A DNA stretch of 64,000 nucleotides, taken from assembly GCA_012295275.1 (NCBI GenBank), contig CM022671.1, positions 11,284,001 through 11,348,000 on the forward strand, written 5' to 3'. A program made the translations under genes and the position numbers. The stretch is from Chrysomallon squamiferum. Lineage: Eukaryota; Animalia; Mollusca. The notes under the pieces are model-generated. The model was not told the origin of the DNA. It ran no database searches and worked only from the letters and a program-made list of their open reading frames with translations. How positions within the stretch are numbered: position 1 is the stretch's first letter; every line of letters begins with the position of its first letter. Positions 28,401 to 43,243 of the stretch are shown here, piece by piece.

Positions 28401-30785
28401 AGAAGAATCTTTGTAATCAGTAGAATTGATGTATTTTTGGAAGGACGATTTTTGACGTCAATGACAGTTCAACGACTTCGACAATAACAGTGAAAGAACT
28501 AGGTTTCTGACAGGGAGAAACACTGTGGTGTCAACATTTTCACTACGACAAGCTTTCGTTTAATGGCTAATCTTAGTCATAAATAACCACAAGCTTGTGT
28601 GCAGCTCATACCTAACGCATTGCCGTAACGGAGTCTTATTTTATAAAATGATACGAGAAATTCTGTTTTTTAATCAATAATTGCGACATGAAATGAAGTC
28701 TATAAAATATACATTTTCATATTTAAGAACTGGTTAATATAATATATATATATATGATCCAGTTTATTAAGATGGAACACTGAATTCTTGATGAAGTCTA
28801 ATTATATTACAAGACTGGAGTTTTCTAGTGAGGTATCAATCAGAGAAGTCATTGAACTGTCACTGACGTCAAAGAATCTCCTTCCACAAACAAATAAATC
28901 TTCTCTTTAATCTCCTTGTGTGTATTTTCATCTCACTGTAGTTGTCGACTGTCCTGCTCTCCTTATAATTCGCATTTTTCTAGCCTGTCTTTTTTCTTTC
29001 TTTCTTTTTCCTTTATTTTCTTTTATCTCAGTCATATCACTTTTCTCACTTTTTCCGTTAACTGCGTGTATATCTGTCTCTGTACTTATATATTTTTTCT
29101 CTCTCTCTGCCTCTCTCTTTCTGCTATTTTTGTCCTTACTTTCCTGACTTATCATCATTATAAAATATGCTTCATAAATATTTAAATTTTACTTAATGTA
29201 TGTATTTAATGTAATTTTATTTTACATTATTTATTCATTCGTTCATTCTGTGTAGTTATTTATTTAATTAGGTTTGTATTTAGCGCAGTGATTATTACAA
29301 ACGAGCGCTATGATAAAACATAAAAGTGTCTGGAAAAGCTAAGTAAGTAAGTCTGAAGGTCGGCATGTTTCACCTTGCAGTGATGGCTTATGCCACACCT
29401 AACTTACATTATGATTGATGGCCTCTAGCTAATGGCGTACGAAGCAGACGTTAGTTAGATAGCAGACGTAATGTGTCAGACCTTATAACAACTGACTATC
29501 TCTAAAGAAAACCATTTAATCGTTTTGGTCTCTTTGAAAAAGCTTAAATTAGACTTGTTTAAACCAACAATAAATTATGTTGTATTGTTATTGTTGTTAG
29601 ACGTAGGGATGTTTTTTTTTTTTTTATTATTATTTGTTTTTTTTTTTCAATGTTTTTATATGTCGAATGTAAATCCAGAACAGAACAGGAACCTTGTGAA
29701 TATTGATAATTATGCTGTCTAACGATATAAATGGTACGATAAAGAGGGTTAAATGTTTCTTTTGGAAGAATATTTGATACAGATTTTTAAAAATGAAAAT
29801 GAATTAAAAGTACATACCCATAATTATTTGCTATATAACAAAAACAAACCAGAGTAATGTGACAAGAAACATACGCATATTAATATTTGAAAATATATCC
29901 CAAAAAAATTACATGTTTATTCACGTAAAACAAAGGGAAATCTGTTTGTTGTGACAGTCTACATCAGTTACGTGTATAAGATCTGACATGAATTATAGAG
30001 TGAGATTAAAGCGTAGTGACATACACAGTTATAAATAGACACGACATTTCTTTTTAAAACGCATATAAATAATTCAAAACTACCTTAAGTGTACTACGTA
30101 GAATAAGTGTATATTAATATACAATAACAAATTATTTAAAGTGATTTATTTGATATTAACTCTGTCTAATTCAGTATTTTATTACACTTTTTAACTGTAA
30201 CATGATGTGTGTATATATATATATATGTATATATATATATGTGTGTGTATATACACATACACACATATGTGTGTTTTTAATATGTGTGTATATATATATG
30301 TATGTATGTAACTTACTTGAAGGAAAAATAATGGTTAATAATATTACTGATATACAACAACCAAAATATTAAACTTGTATTGGTCTGCTTCAAATATTCA
30401 ATGAACGTATATTTGGTGCAGACGCCTTTTCAAAAATAAATTAATTTCAGTACAACCTAATGAGAAAAACCAATATAATAATACATATAAATAATTTCGT
30501 GCAATTATACTTTTAAGAAAATTTTATGATATTCATTATAACAAAAGTGAAATAGACTGACTTACCAAACCGCAACTGGTCTTTATGGGTTGATTTTCAG
30601 GTTTTTTGCTCACAGAACAAGAAATAAGACCGCTGTAATTGCGAACACAGGTAACATCTCAGGGTGACATTAAAACAAAGACCAAGTGATTGCCCATGCG
30701 TGACGTCACTTTGATGTACAGGTAGCAGTATCTGCACGGTATCTGTGTGTCGTAGGTCAGGTGACAAAAAATTATTGAGATATCC

Positions 30786-30833
<48 letters not shown>

Positions 30834-31825
30834 CCGTTACCATCGTTATTTGGGCGTTTTGACTGTATAAGTACAAAGGCACTTATTTAATACATACATA
30901 TATACATACATACATACATAATTACATACATATATACACATACACACTCATACAGATACACATACATACATACATATTTATTTACTTCTTTTATTCAGTT
31001 TAATTTTATTTTGAAATCATAATTCTGTTTGTTCTATTATTTATTTATTTATTTATTTTATTTATTTAGTTTTTTCCCCTTTGTTTTATCTTTTATTTTT
31101 TCAGCTTTGTTTTTCATTTTTTAATTAATCGGTGTTCTACATATGCTGATTGTGTATTTATTCGTTATTTTATTTTACTTTTTTGCTTGTTTGTTTCTTG
31201 ATGGTGTATTTAAAGATTCGTTTTGTAATGATCAATAATTTTAGAGATGTATGTATGTATGAATGCATCTTATATCAAAACGATTAATTTATTTTCATTA
31301 GAAAAAAAAAATCCTTTGGGCACTGAGGAAAACATGTAAAAATAACTGAACTTATAGCAAAATTATATTACTAGCAGTAGAATAGCAATTCAGTTTAAAT
31401 AAACAACTACTGCTACCCTTAATACTACAGTTAAACTAGCTATTACTATAGACACTGATAATGATTATTTATATGATTTATTCATTTAATTAACAAATTA
31501 ATTAATATATCCCTCGATTATTTATTATAAATAAAATGTCACTTGTGCTTTTTTTTCTTCTTCTTTTTTTTTTTTTTTTTTTCCGCATTACTTTAAAAGT
31601 TTCTTAAAAATATATAGTGGTCAAGGAAACAAACTAGTTGAATCAACGTATCAACTTTAAAAACCAGTCTGCTGCAGGTATCCAGTTACAAATCGAAACG
31701 TCATTGGGCGCTGGGAGACATACAAACAATATGGCCGACATATATGCTGTGAAAATGTAAATAAATAATTTAATCTTTCGTTAGGAAAGCACAAAGATAA
31801 TATTAATACATATTTTTTACTTTCA

Positions 31826-31871
<46 letters not shown>

Positions 31872-32484
31872 TATTTGTTGTTGTTGTTGTTGTTTTTAAT
31901 AGTTAAATTGGCGAAATGTATATAATAATATATATATTTGGGGGATTTTTTTTGTACCTTGTCAATGTCACTTGTTTAACGATCATTGCGGTAGTTTATG
32001 TATTTTTACTTGGTGAATTACATATAATTATATTTCATTCTAAATGTATATTATCATAAATAACTTTATATAAGCATATATGAACATATGGATATCAAAT
32101 TTTAAAATGAATAATATTATAAGTACTTTATATTTAAGAATGAAATAAAATTGAAATTAATTAATTATGTCTTTATGGTAAGTTATTTATCTCAAATACA
32201 CACACATAAACACAGAGAGACACACAAAGCAGACATTAGTGTACAAAATGGGTTAATTAACACAGTATATCTCATTTTGAAAAATATTTGTTTGTTTCAT
32301 TGCTGATTTTGTTTTGTTATTTTTTTAAATATTATTTTTGAATACATTCCAAAATAAGTATTTATTAAAATAGTTATAAAAAAGGAATAGTTCCTGCATT
32401 TATTTATTTATTTGTTTGTTTCAGCTAGTGTTGTAAGTTAATGCACAAACAGTTTGCAATCATTTATAAAAGACAGAAATAAGA

Positions 32485-33021
32485 ATGGGCAGCACTGATT
32501 TTAACATTGTGTTTGAACACCTTGATGCTCCAAAACTTGGATACATCACTTTGCCACAGATTGAAGGATTACTTAATTCTTTATATGTCAGCAGACTGCA
32601 TGTTAACCATGTTGAGGCAGCAGTTAGACATGTCTGTGGACTGGATGGACGTGTGAGCAGGGATCAGTTTGTAGATGTTTTGATGGAGGTGGAGAGACGA
32701 CAGGCAGTGGAAGAACAAGGCTACTGGGATTTCCAGGCACTGGATTACAATGGAGACCACAAAATAAACCTGAGGGATGCATTGATGTTGTTTCAGGAGA
32801 TTCATGGTGAAAATTTCTCACTGGAAACATGGCACACATTTCTTGAAAGCAGAGGCAACCCTGATGCTGATGTGTATTTTGATGAAATTCGAGGCTGGCT
32901 GTGTGATGTTCCTCTTCCTGGTTCTTCTGATCCTCAACTCATCAAAGACGAGGAAACTCGCCTTGATGAAATACTAATGATCAACACAGACAATGAAATG
33001 AGATGTCTGAAAGATATTCAA
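32485..33021 (+). CDS. First coding exon of the large gene, EF-hand (calmodulin-like) domain
   Basis: ORF contains FQALDYNGDHKINLRDALMLF (EF-loop-like D-x-N-x-D-x-K-I) plus degenerate loops FEHLDAPKLGYITLPQI, GLDGRVSRDQFVDVL and GNPDADVYFDEI; ends at CAA|GTAAAT. Confidence 0.85.
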
Positions 33022-36000
33022 GTAAATATTGGCTATTATTTCCTATTTTCTCATTCAAGAAAAAAGCAACAAAAACTCCAAATGCTTAAATAAAGCATTT
33101 TTTTCAGTTTATTTACATATTGCTGTTTTATCAAAATGTAATTATTCATAATATATTATATTAAATATTAAACTGAACAGCATTATGAATATAATTTCTT
33201 CTGAAAGTAAATTTTTATTAAATAATATATTTTTATTATTAAAATAGCTTAATTAAAAATTAAGAATTTTTTTTTTATTTGTAGAAGTTAAGTGGAGCTG
33301 ACAGTGAAGACACTGGTGAACTTGAAGATATAAAATTTCATGCTAAAAGAAAACTAAACAAGTATGTGAATTAACAAAGTACAAATTAACCAATGTTTTA
33401 TTTAATCTTCTATCTGAAGCAGCTACTGCTCAGTGGTTAAAGCATATCAGTCATTTCACAAAAGTTATTCTCACTGAATTTTTAGTATGGGCTGTATTAT
33501 TACATAATTTTTTTTCCTAACATAATCAAAACATAATCAGAATTATTGACATAGGCTATAATATTATATAATTAGAAAAAAAAATCCATTTACTAATACA
33601 TTCAAAGCACTATTTTCAGTTTTTACCATAGGCTGTAATACTATATAACCAGAGAAATTTATTTTCCCTACCTAACACAATAAAAACACTATTTTCAGTT
33701 TTTTACACAGGTTATAACAAGTATAATAAGTCATATAATTAGAACAATAAAAAAACCTTAAATTGTTTACATATTTTTACTTAATATTATATAATTAGAA
33801 AAATATTTTCATTCCTAAAGCTTTCAAAACTGCATTTAACATTTTTAATATAGCCTTTAATATATAATTCCAATAAATATTTACCTTTCCTAAACAGTCA
33901 GAACACTGTTTAATTTTTTTTAACAAAGGCTATAATATTAGATAACCAAAAAAAATATATTCCTTTCCTATCAGAATCAAAAAAACTGTTTCAATCAGGT
34001 TATAAAGTTTGTATGTTTCAGGTGGAACAAACAAGGTGTTGAATCTATGTTGTATGATGATGGACTGGAAGTTGAACAAGATGAGACTAAGAAAACTAAG
34101 AAACAGGACAATGTCAGTATGGCTAATATCATAGAAGCTCTGGATGCCAAGTACACACAGATACAAGACAAACTGCTGATGGTCATGGCAAAATATGCAG
34201 CAAGTAAGTTGAAATCTGTAAAAAGAAAAAAAAAAATTTCTTCTACAATGCTAAAATAATAAAAATGTTATTTTAATATAATTTTACTTAATACTGTAAT
34301 TTAAGATGTAATTATTATAATAAATGTTTCATTTTATTTCCATGTTTAACAATGTAAAATACATTTCTGAATGAATTTAGTTTGAATATACTTCTTGAAT
34401 TTATTTAAATATACCATAATTTCAAATAGAAACTGATTAATATAGTTACTCTGTCAGATAGACAGTTAATACCCAATAATGAAACATTAAACATTCATCA
34501 ATTTATTCATTCAGATGTTGAAGGAGAACACACTGAGATATTTCACCAGTTGAAACAACAGCTACACAAAATCAGACCCAGGTCTCTGGATGCTGAAGTG
34601 TGGGACCTGCCTGGATCACAAGCTGCTCTTCCATCCAGTCTGTGGGCAATAATGGGAGAACTGGCAGACGTCAACCAGGCTCGACTGAAACGTGTCGAAG
34701 AATGGAAAACATCTCTGCGAGCTGAAGGCAAATCTCAGAAAGAAATAGATGCTATTATAAGACAGGATTATGAAACTTTTATTGAAGGTTGTTTATTAGT
34801 TAATTTGATTTATGTTTTTCAAATTATTAAATGTTAAAAAAAACACAAGAGAAAAACCTGATAAAATATAATCATGATCCTGTGTACATTATACATTTTT
34901 ATGATTATAAATATTTCTGTTTAAATAGGATTTTTGTTCATTTTAAGAACAATTTTTATAACTCTCAATGTAACGAATATCTATTATTTTAAAACCAATT
35001 TTGAATTAGTATAATTTTCCAGTATTATTATTATTATTAAACTAAGTCAGTTTTATTTAAAAGGATCAGGAACATGTGGAAATTTACTGATATGTCTGAA
35101 GGAGAGACACAAACAAGAGAAGTCTGCTGTGATGGATCGTGTTCGTGGACAGACTGTTACAACAATTGCGCTGGCTGCAGAGAGAACCAGTCTAGAACGT
35201 CAGTTGTGTCTGCTGGAAGAAGAGTCCGAGTTTTACACAGCTGCTGTAGCTGTGGGTTTGGCTGAGAGAAGTCCACCAGTCAAAACTAGAGGGTAAAAAC
35301 AGTTATAATTAGTCAGTAAGAAACTGTTGAAATTTTAAGTATTTATTATTATTTGCAAGAGTGTTTGTCATAAATTTATTTTAACAGTTTTTATTGCTCT
35401 AGTGTAAGACTATTTATTTGTTTTATTATAGTTTTTAATATTGAGAAATTATTAACTTTGATGAAATGATAATGCCAACTTCACCAAAATAGGCAATTAT
35501 AAATATAAAAATATACAAATTGTTATATTTTTTTCTTCTTTTTGTTTCGTTTACATTTATTTTTCCCTGTGCCAACTGTGAATTAAAAAGAAGACAAAAT
35601 ACTTCTTTGTTTTCATTAAATTTTAACTGATTTGATAATCCTCAAACAAAAATTATTTGTTTGTCTTTGATTCAGCCTGTGTTTTATTTCCTTAAAAACA
35701 CACATGTTTATCACTTTCCTTTATTAGTTTACTTTATTTCATACAGAAATTATCTTTTTTCCTTTATTTATATTTCAGTTATAACTGGGATAGAGTCAGA
35801 ACTGAAGAGCTGGCATCTCTTCGATTGAGTACAAGAAAAGGACAAAAACCTACTAAGTCTAGCAAGTCATTTGACAGAGATATCAAAGGTCAAGGTCTTC
35901 TTGATTTGCAGTTGAAGGTCGTGACAGAAATTGAAAGGAAACAGTATCTTGAAAGAGAGGCAAGTTGCTTAATAATTTTCCTTTAGGAGGTTAAAACTGA

Positions 36001-39000
36001 AAATAAGGATAGAGCACTAATGCACATGCATATGTTAACATTTTGAATAGTTGTTTGGTTTTATTTACTTGCAGGCGTTTATGAACATGCTCCAGGGTCC
36101 TGAGGCAAATGCTGCCATCATGTCAGTAGAGAGTCTGTCAGCTGGAGAGAGACGGAGGAGGAAGATGATGTTACGTCATCAACATGTCAGCTGGAGAGAG
36201 TCTGCTAGACTTGACACTACGACTGACGTCACAAACCATCTCAGTCAGCTGCAGAATGGTATTTTCAGTCTCCTTCTGTATTTTTCTTATTCCACTTTGA
36301 TTCTCATCTTTGTATCTTTTCTGTGTGTGTCTCTCTCTCCCTGAAATTAATTTTATTTATTTTTTTTTATTTCCTATGTTCTTCATCATATTAACTTCTT
36401 TTAATCAAATATGTATTGTGTTTTACAGCTGTAGCTATTCACTGGGTACAGCAACAAGCAGAAGCAGAGAAAAACTTCACACATGTTGGTGATGAAGATT
36501 TGGCTGCATCAATCTTGGCTGATATGCAGGAAACACAGGAACAAGAGTTTGCTGTTAAATTGAAGGAAATTGCAAAGCAGACAGTAAGATAGTTGATTTT
36601 AAAGTTAGTCTGAGGCAAAACCTGTCTGTATTAAGTTAATATGTATTTCAGATAAACAGTTCACAAAAAGTCTGTCTTTTTTTTTTTACAAACACATCTT
36701 CTAATTTTTAAGGTCACTTTAGATTAAAAACATATATAGATGATAGATATTAAGACAGAGCGATTATATAAATATAGATATATATATAGATATAAATTAC
36801 ACCTTAAAAGAATGGGAAATAGTTTAAAGTTAAAAATCTCCAGTATATAACCTTCCAAGAATCTAGAAATCAGTTTTATATCATATTTTAAAAATCTTTC
36901 AAGACATTCAGTGTTCATTCATTTTCAAAATCAGGACAATAAATATATTTTATTATTAAAATCAAAAAAAAAAAAAAAAAAAAAAATATTCCCTGGTTGA
37001 TGTGGTTTTAGAATACTCATATACATTTAAAGAAAATTTAGTCACCTTTTTGTTCAACATTATATTTTTCAGTCACTTGATTATCTGACTTCAATGTTGA
37101 GGAAAGAAACCAAGGCAAGAATTCTGGAGTTTTTTGACAACATCTCTGCTGTTGTCCTGGGCACCACTGAGGTCACTGACTCTGAGAGGGAATACACGGA
37201 TGCACTGACAGACAAATACAAAGCTCTGAAAGATCACATCTTCACATTCGCTTTGAAAGACAAGCATGGAGCAGAATGGGAAAGGTAGAGTTATTACTGA
37301 ATTTTTCATTTTTTTTAAATAGTTTTTAAGTGCTTTTCTTTTTTTTCTTTCTGAAATTGTGGGAATGATAACATAATTCTGAATATGAAATATTTGTCCT
37401 AATAGCAAGTGGTTACGTTATGTGCATTCATCAGAAAGCATCCTTTGCTTGTTTAAATATCTGAGTTTTCTTTTCTCTCTTCACATCAGTAATTTAAAAT
37501 TTATAACATTTTAAAAAATTAACTTCACTTTTTATATAAATTGTTCCTAGAATTTCTCCTGAAGAGAAAGAGAAGGAAATATCCAAGTTGAGAAGACAGG
37601 AGGAGAATCTGAGAGCAGAAGGTAAACTTGAAGAAATGACAGCACTGATAGGACCACGGGCACAGGTGTGTAAATATCTAAACTCTCTGTGTGCTTTGTC
37701 AGTGAATCACATATTCTTTAAATTAATTAGTTATTATGCTTTAATGAAAAGAAAAAATATGTAATTTGAATGGAATCATTCTTTTTAACCATAATTTAGA
37801 ATGATATTTATTTGCTTGGAGATAAAAAATTCTCCTGCAGAGATAAACATATTTTTTTAAGAAACTGAGCGTAGTAGAATAATACAAAGATTCTGATTTA
37901 AAATTCTGCAGTAATTTCTTTGATATTTTATGTCACAACACAACTGTAGATGTAACCTAGTGTGTTTCTGTGTGTGTGTGTGTGTGTGTTTATTTATCTC
38001 TCTCTCTCATTTATTTATAAATATAATTTTTTAACTGTTTGTTTTTAGGCTTTGCCATCACTGATAGTGATGATGGGAGAAAGCAAGGAGTACCAGACTT
38101 CAGACAGTTTGCTTGAAAGTGAGTTTGTCAGATATAAACTGCATATTTTCATTTCAGTTCTCTGTAGCAATAAATTGTTAATCCATTTTAGAGCTTTTAA
38201 ACATAAAAGAATAAATAAATAAAAGTTGTTTTATTCAAGTAATTAATTAATTTAATTTTAATACTGTAGAACCAATTAGTGTTTTCTCTCTTGAGGTATT
38301 TTATATTTTTTATGTTTATATTTATATTTATTTATTTATTTATTTATTTATTTATAATTAAAGTATTTATTATATTTGTAATTAAAGGATTTCTTATAAT
38401 TTAAATTAGCAAATCGACCAGGAATGAATATTCTAGCTGACTTGGGTACACGTCATGATGTTGAAGAAGACAATCTGTTGTCATGGCTACGTTTGTCCAG
38501 TGTGCAGACAATGGCTGGAAGTGAACGTCGACTGGCACTGCTGAAAATACAGCTTGAAAAACTGTCAGCTACAAAAGAAGAGAATTATGAAGTTGCTTTT
38601 ATCGCAACAGGACTTTTAGAAAGATTGCAGAAGAACAGATACAACAGGTATTACCTAAATAATGTACATGACAAAAATACTTCTTATGCAATTATTTCAA
38701 GTCATTTGATGTTTTGTATTTTATTTCTATTTTTATATATGTGTTTATTTTCTTTTAATTTTTAATTTTTAAAAATAATTTAGGATACATCTTTCAGTTG
38801 TACATAATCTTAGTATAATAATGAACTGACACAAGCAGCTTTAATTTTGTTTCTCTCTAAATATTTTTAATTTATCATTATATAAAGATAATGATATTAA
38901 ATACATACATATATTCTGTTTGCAATTTATGATTATGATAAGATTAATGAATACGAATTTTAATTACCTATTCTTTGTGTATTCTAATATTTGTGTGTAT

Positions 39001-41846
39001 GTCTCAGTTATTTCTCACATTTATCTTTTATAAGTAATGGATGTAATTTTTATTTTGAGGTCACCACCTGATAAAGAGCGACAGAATCGTCTGGCTGGAA
39101 AGAGGGTAACTTTGAGACGTCACAAACTGAATCAAGAAGAACAGACATCCTTCATTTACAAACAGAATCCCAAACCCACTGGTAAACATCTCTGTAGATT
39201 TTCATGTGAACATTGTAAAAGAAAATAATATCCACTATTTTAAATTATCTGATGAAGAAAAGTACATATTTGTTTTATAACAATTTATCATCTTTTAATA
39301 TTAATAATGACTAAATAGTTGGTTTTTGGATTTTATTTTTTTGGTAAAATTATGAAGTGACTAAGTATGTGTTGCTGTGAGCTATTCTAATAAGTTGGAA
39401 GCAAACTTTTGCAGGGATCAGTGAGAAATAATTCATCAGCACCATAAGTTATTCTAAGGAGAATTAATAAGACATGTTCTCACTAGTTACAAAAATCAAA
39501 TTTTTGCTACCTCATTCTGATATTTGTTGTTTTTGATACTGTTAATGCAGGTGATCTGTATGATCTGCGACTGAATTACATGTTGGAGATTCTGCAGCTA
39601 CACGAGGAGGAGCGTGAAGCACTTCTAAACTTACTTCAAGATGAGTCATTTGCTGACCTGACAGAAGCTGCTGAACTCATGTCTCATGATGAGCGACAGT
39701 TACGTCTCTATGAACTGGCAGGAAAAAGACAAAAACTGAACCTAGAAAACCAGGGTCTGTTTAGTCGCAGTATTTGTTTAGTTAAATGATATTTCACATA
39801 ACATATAAAACGGAATAACAATAACAACTATCTCTGTTTTAAGGTTTCAGATGGAATGCAGTTATACTTTCTATTTGTGTTAAACAAACACTATATTTCA
39901 GCATAAACATCTTATGTTTTAGAATCATAAAGGATAAAAAAAGTAAAGAAATTAAACTTTTCTCAAATACTGTTTTACTCTTTCTTATTAACCATTTCTT
40001 TGGATAAAGATTTTGTTAGTAGTTAATTAGTTAGTTTAATTATCTAGTACTATTGCTGAGAATGTACTTTGTCAGTAATTAATCCTTAAGTTTGATTATC
40101 TGTTAAAAAATATTCCTGAGCGTGTATTTTGTTTGTGTTTAAGTTAATGTTTCTGTTTTTTCACCAGATGACCGGGATGAATAGGTGTGTATTTTGTTTG
40201 TGTTTAAGTTAATGTTTCTGTTTTTTTACCAGATGACCGGGATGAATAGGTGTGTATTTTGTTTGTGTTTAAGTTAATGTTTCTGTTTTTTTACCAGATG
40301 ACCGGGATGAATATGTGTGTATTTTGTTTGTGTTTAAGTTAATGTTTCTGTTTTTTTTACCAGATGACCGGGATGAATATGTGTGTATTTTGTTTGTGTT
40401 TAAGTTAATGTTTCTGTTTTTTTCACCAGATGACCGGGATGAATATGTGTGTATTTTGTTTGTGTTTAAGTTAATGTTTCTGTTTTTTTTGAATATGTGT
40501 GTATTTTGTTTGTGTTTAAGTTAATGTTTCTGTTTTTTCACCAGATGACCGGGATGAATATGTGTGTATTTTGTTTTGTTTGTGTTTTTTTCACCAGATT
40601 GTGTATTTTGTTTGTGTTTAAGTTAATGTTTCTGTTTTTTCACCAGATGACCGGGATGAATATGTGTGTATTTTGTTTGTGTTTAAGTTAATGTTTGTGT
40701 TTTTTTCACCAGATGACCGGGATGAATATGTGTGTATTTTGTTTGTGTTTAAGTTAATGTTTGTGTTTTTTTCACCAGATGACCGGGATGAATATGTGTG
40801 TATTTTGTTTGTGTTTAAGTTAATGTTTGTTTTTTTCACCAGATGACCGGGATGAATATGTGTGTATTTTGTTTGTGTTTAAGTTAATGTTTTGTTTTTT
40901 TTTTCACCAGATGACCGGGATGAATATGTGTGTATTTTGTTTGTGTTTAAGTTAATGTTTGTGTTTTTTTCACCAGATGACCGGGATGAATATGTGTGTA
41001 TTTTGTTTGTGTTTAAGTTAATGTTTCTGTTTTTTCACCAGATGACTGGGATGAATATGTGTGTATTTTGTTTGTTTTTAAGTTAATGTTTCTGTTTTTT
41101 TCACTAGATGACCGGGATGAATATGTGTGTATTTTGTTTGTGTTTAAGTTAATGTTTCTGTTTTTTTCACCAGATGACCGGGATGAATATGTGTGTATTT
41201 TGTTTGTGTTTAAGTTAATGTTTGTGTTTTTTTCACCAGATGACCGGGATGAATATGTGTGTATTTTGTTTGTGTTTAAGTTAATGTTTCTGTTTTTTCA
41301 TTAGATGACCGGGATGAATATGTGTATTTTGTTTGTGTTTAAGTTAATGTTTCTGTTTTTTCACCAGATGACCGGGATGAATATGTGTGTATTTTGGAAG
41401 AAGCTGCTGCAGTGCAGTCAGTGTGTAAGAAACTTGTCCTCAAATCTTCTTCTCCTCCTTCTGTGGATGAAATCGCAGCCGCCATTTTGTCTGATCTTCA
41501 AGACAGCCAGGAATCTCACCTCAGTGACATACTTCAAGAACTGGGAATGCATGTGAGTTGACCAAACAGTAATTTAAATTTCACTTGTCTGTCCTTGTGC
41601 TGCAAATGAGTTGTTTATTTTTGTTTCTTAAATTCCTTATTGTTTGTTTAATTCATAGGCCTTCTATCACATTAAAAACACTTTCTTCCCTTATCCATTT
41701 TTGTTTTCTCTATGTACATCTCATTTCATTTTATTTATTTACATTATTATTATTTAATTTTTAATTTTTGGTTTTTAAATGACATTTATTTATTATGAAT
41801 CCTGATTATTTCTGAATTTTATAATCAAGAATTTTATAATGCATAC

Positions 41847-41883
<37 letters not shown>

Positions 41884-43204
41884 CTCTCACACATATATAC
41901 AATTCAGACAGACACATGTCTCACATACACAGAGACAAACATTTCTCATCTTTCATTGCTGTTTGTTTGTGTACAGAATGAAGAAACATTGCTGTCACTG
42001 TGGTCAAAGGCATCACATGAACGAGAGATCCAGTCAGTGAAAAACGTGTTTGATGTTCTCACACTTTATGAAGATGTAGGAAGAGAGAAAGATTTGTTAC
42101 AGGTTTGCCTAACAACATTTTATACAAATTAAAAACTAATATTAAAATTAATATGAAAACAGAGGAAATGTAGTGATCTGTTGATCTTCACTAATCCATA
42201 AACCTGTAATCTGGTTCAGTTGCTAATCCAGAACTAATTACAGATTTTTCTTCTTATTGTATGATTTTATGGATTGAATAGTTTACATGTTGAAGTTAGC
42301 AAATTAACACAGACAAGAAATTCCTGCTTATTTTCCTGCATTTATTATAAAAACAGTCTTGTTTACTAGTGATCCTTCTGTGATTTTCACTAATCCATCA
42401 CTCCTCAGTGACTGGTGGCAGACTAGTGAATGTCAATCTGTATTTGATTATCAGTTTTCTATATTACGATAAATTATAATTATGAATTATTCATCTTTAT
42501 TACATGAGTCATTTCTTTGTTTTTAATTGTTAACATAAATTATTATTTTATTTTATCATATTGTTTAAATCATTTTATGCCATTTTTGTCCTTGTTTAAA
42601 AAAAAAAAAAAAAAAAATGAAGCAGTGGGTATTTATTCAACAGAATTTCAAAGTCTAACTTCTTAAATTTCGAAACATTTATTTTAGATTGTTGAAGAAA
42701 AGTACTCAGTTTTGAGAAACCAGCTGATACAAGAGGGACTGAAAAAACCCCATGCAAAGGTGAAAATGTCTGTTAAGGAGATGCAGACAATGCTGGACCA
42801 GGCTGTATGTTACTGGAATGACAACAATCAGAAAGCACTTGTAGATCTGATTGGAGCAGACTTCAAGCTTGGTGAGAGTTTGGAGTCTGTGATGGGTGTG
42901 GACAGAAGACAGTGGGCTCTGTGGCTGATGGAACAAACAGGTGACTAAGTTCTGTTTAAATGTATGCAGTTTTCTTATACTGCATTAAGTATACAGTTTT
43001 TTTTACCTACTATAATAATAAAATAAATATATAGTCTCATGAAAATGAATGAACACAGAATGTTTTTAAAGAGACAAGTGCAGCATATTATTAGGTCTGT
43101 ATGTTTTAAAAACTAAGTAGTTTAAATTAAAAATAAATCATATCAAAATAAATACATCAGTCTAAAATCTCAAGTTCCAAAAGTTCTATTTTTAATTCAG
43201 ATTA

Positions 43205-43243
<39 letters not shown>

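Noticed and set aside
40315-41556. Repetitive ORFs (MCILFVFKLMF...) as a separate repeat-protein gene
   Set aside because: They are translations of the 66-bp array, broken by T-run frameshifts; only the last unit belongs to exon 15.
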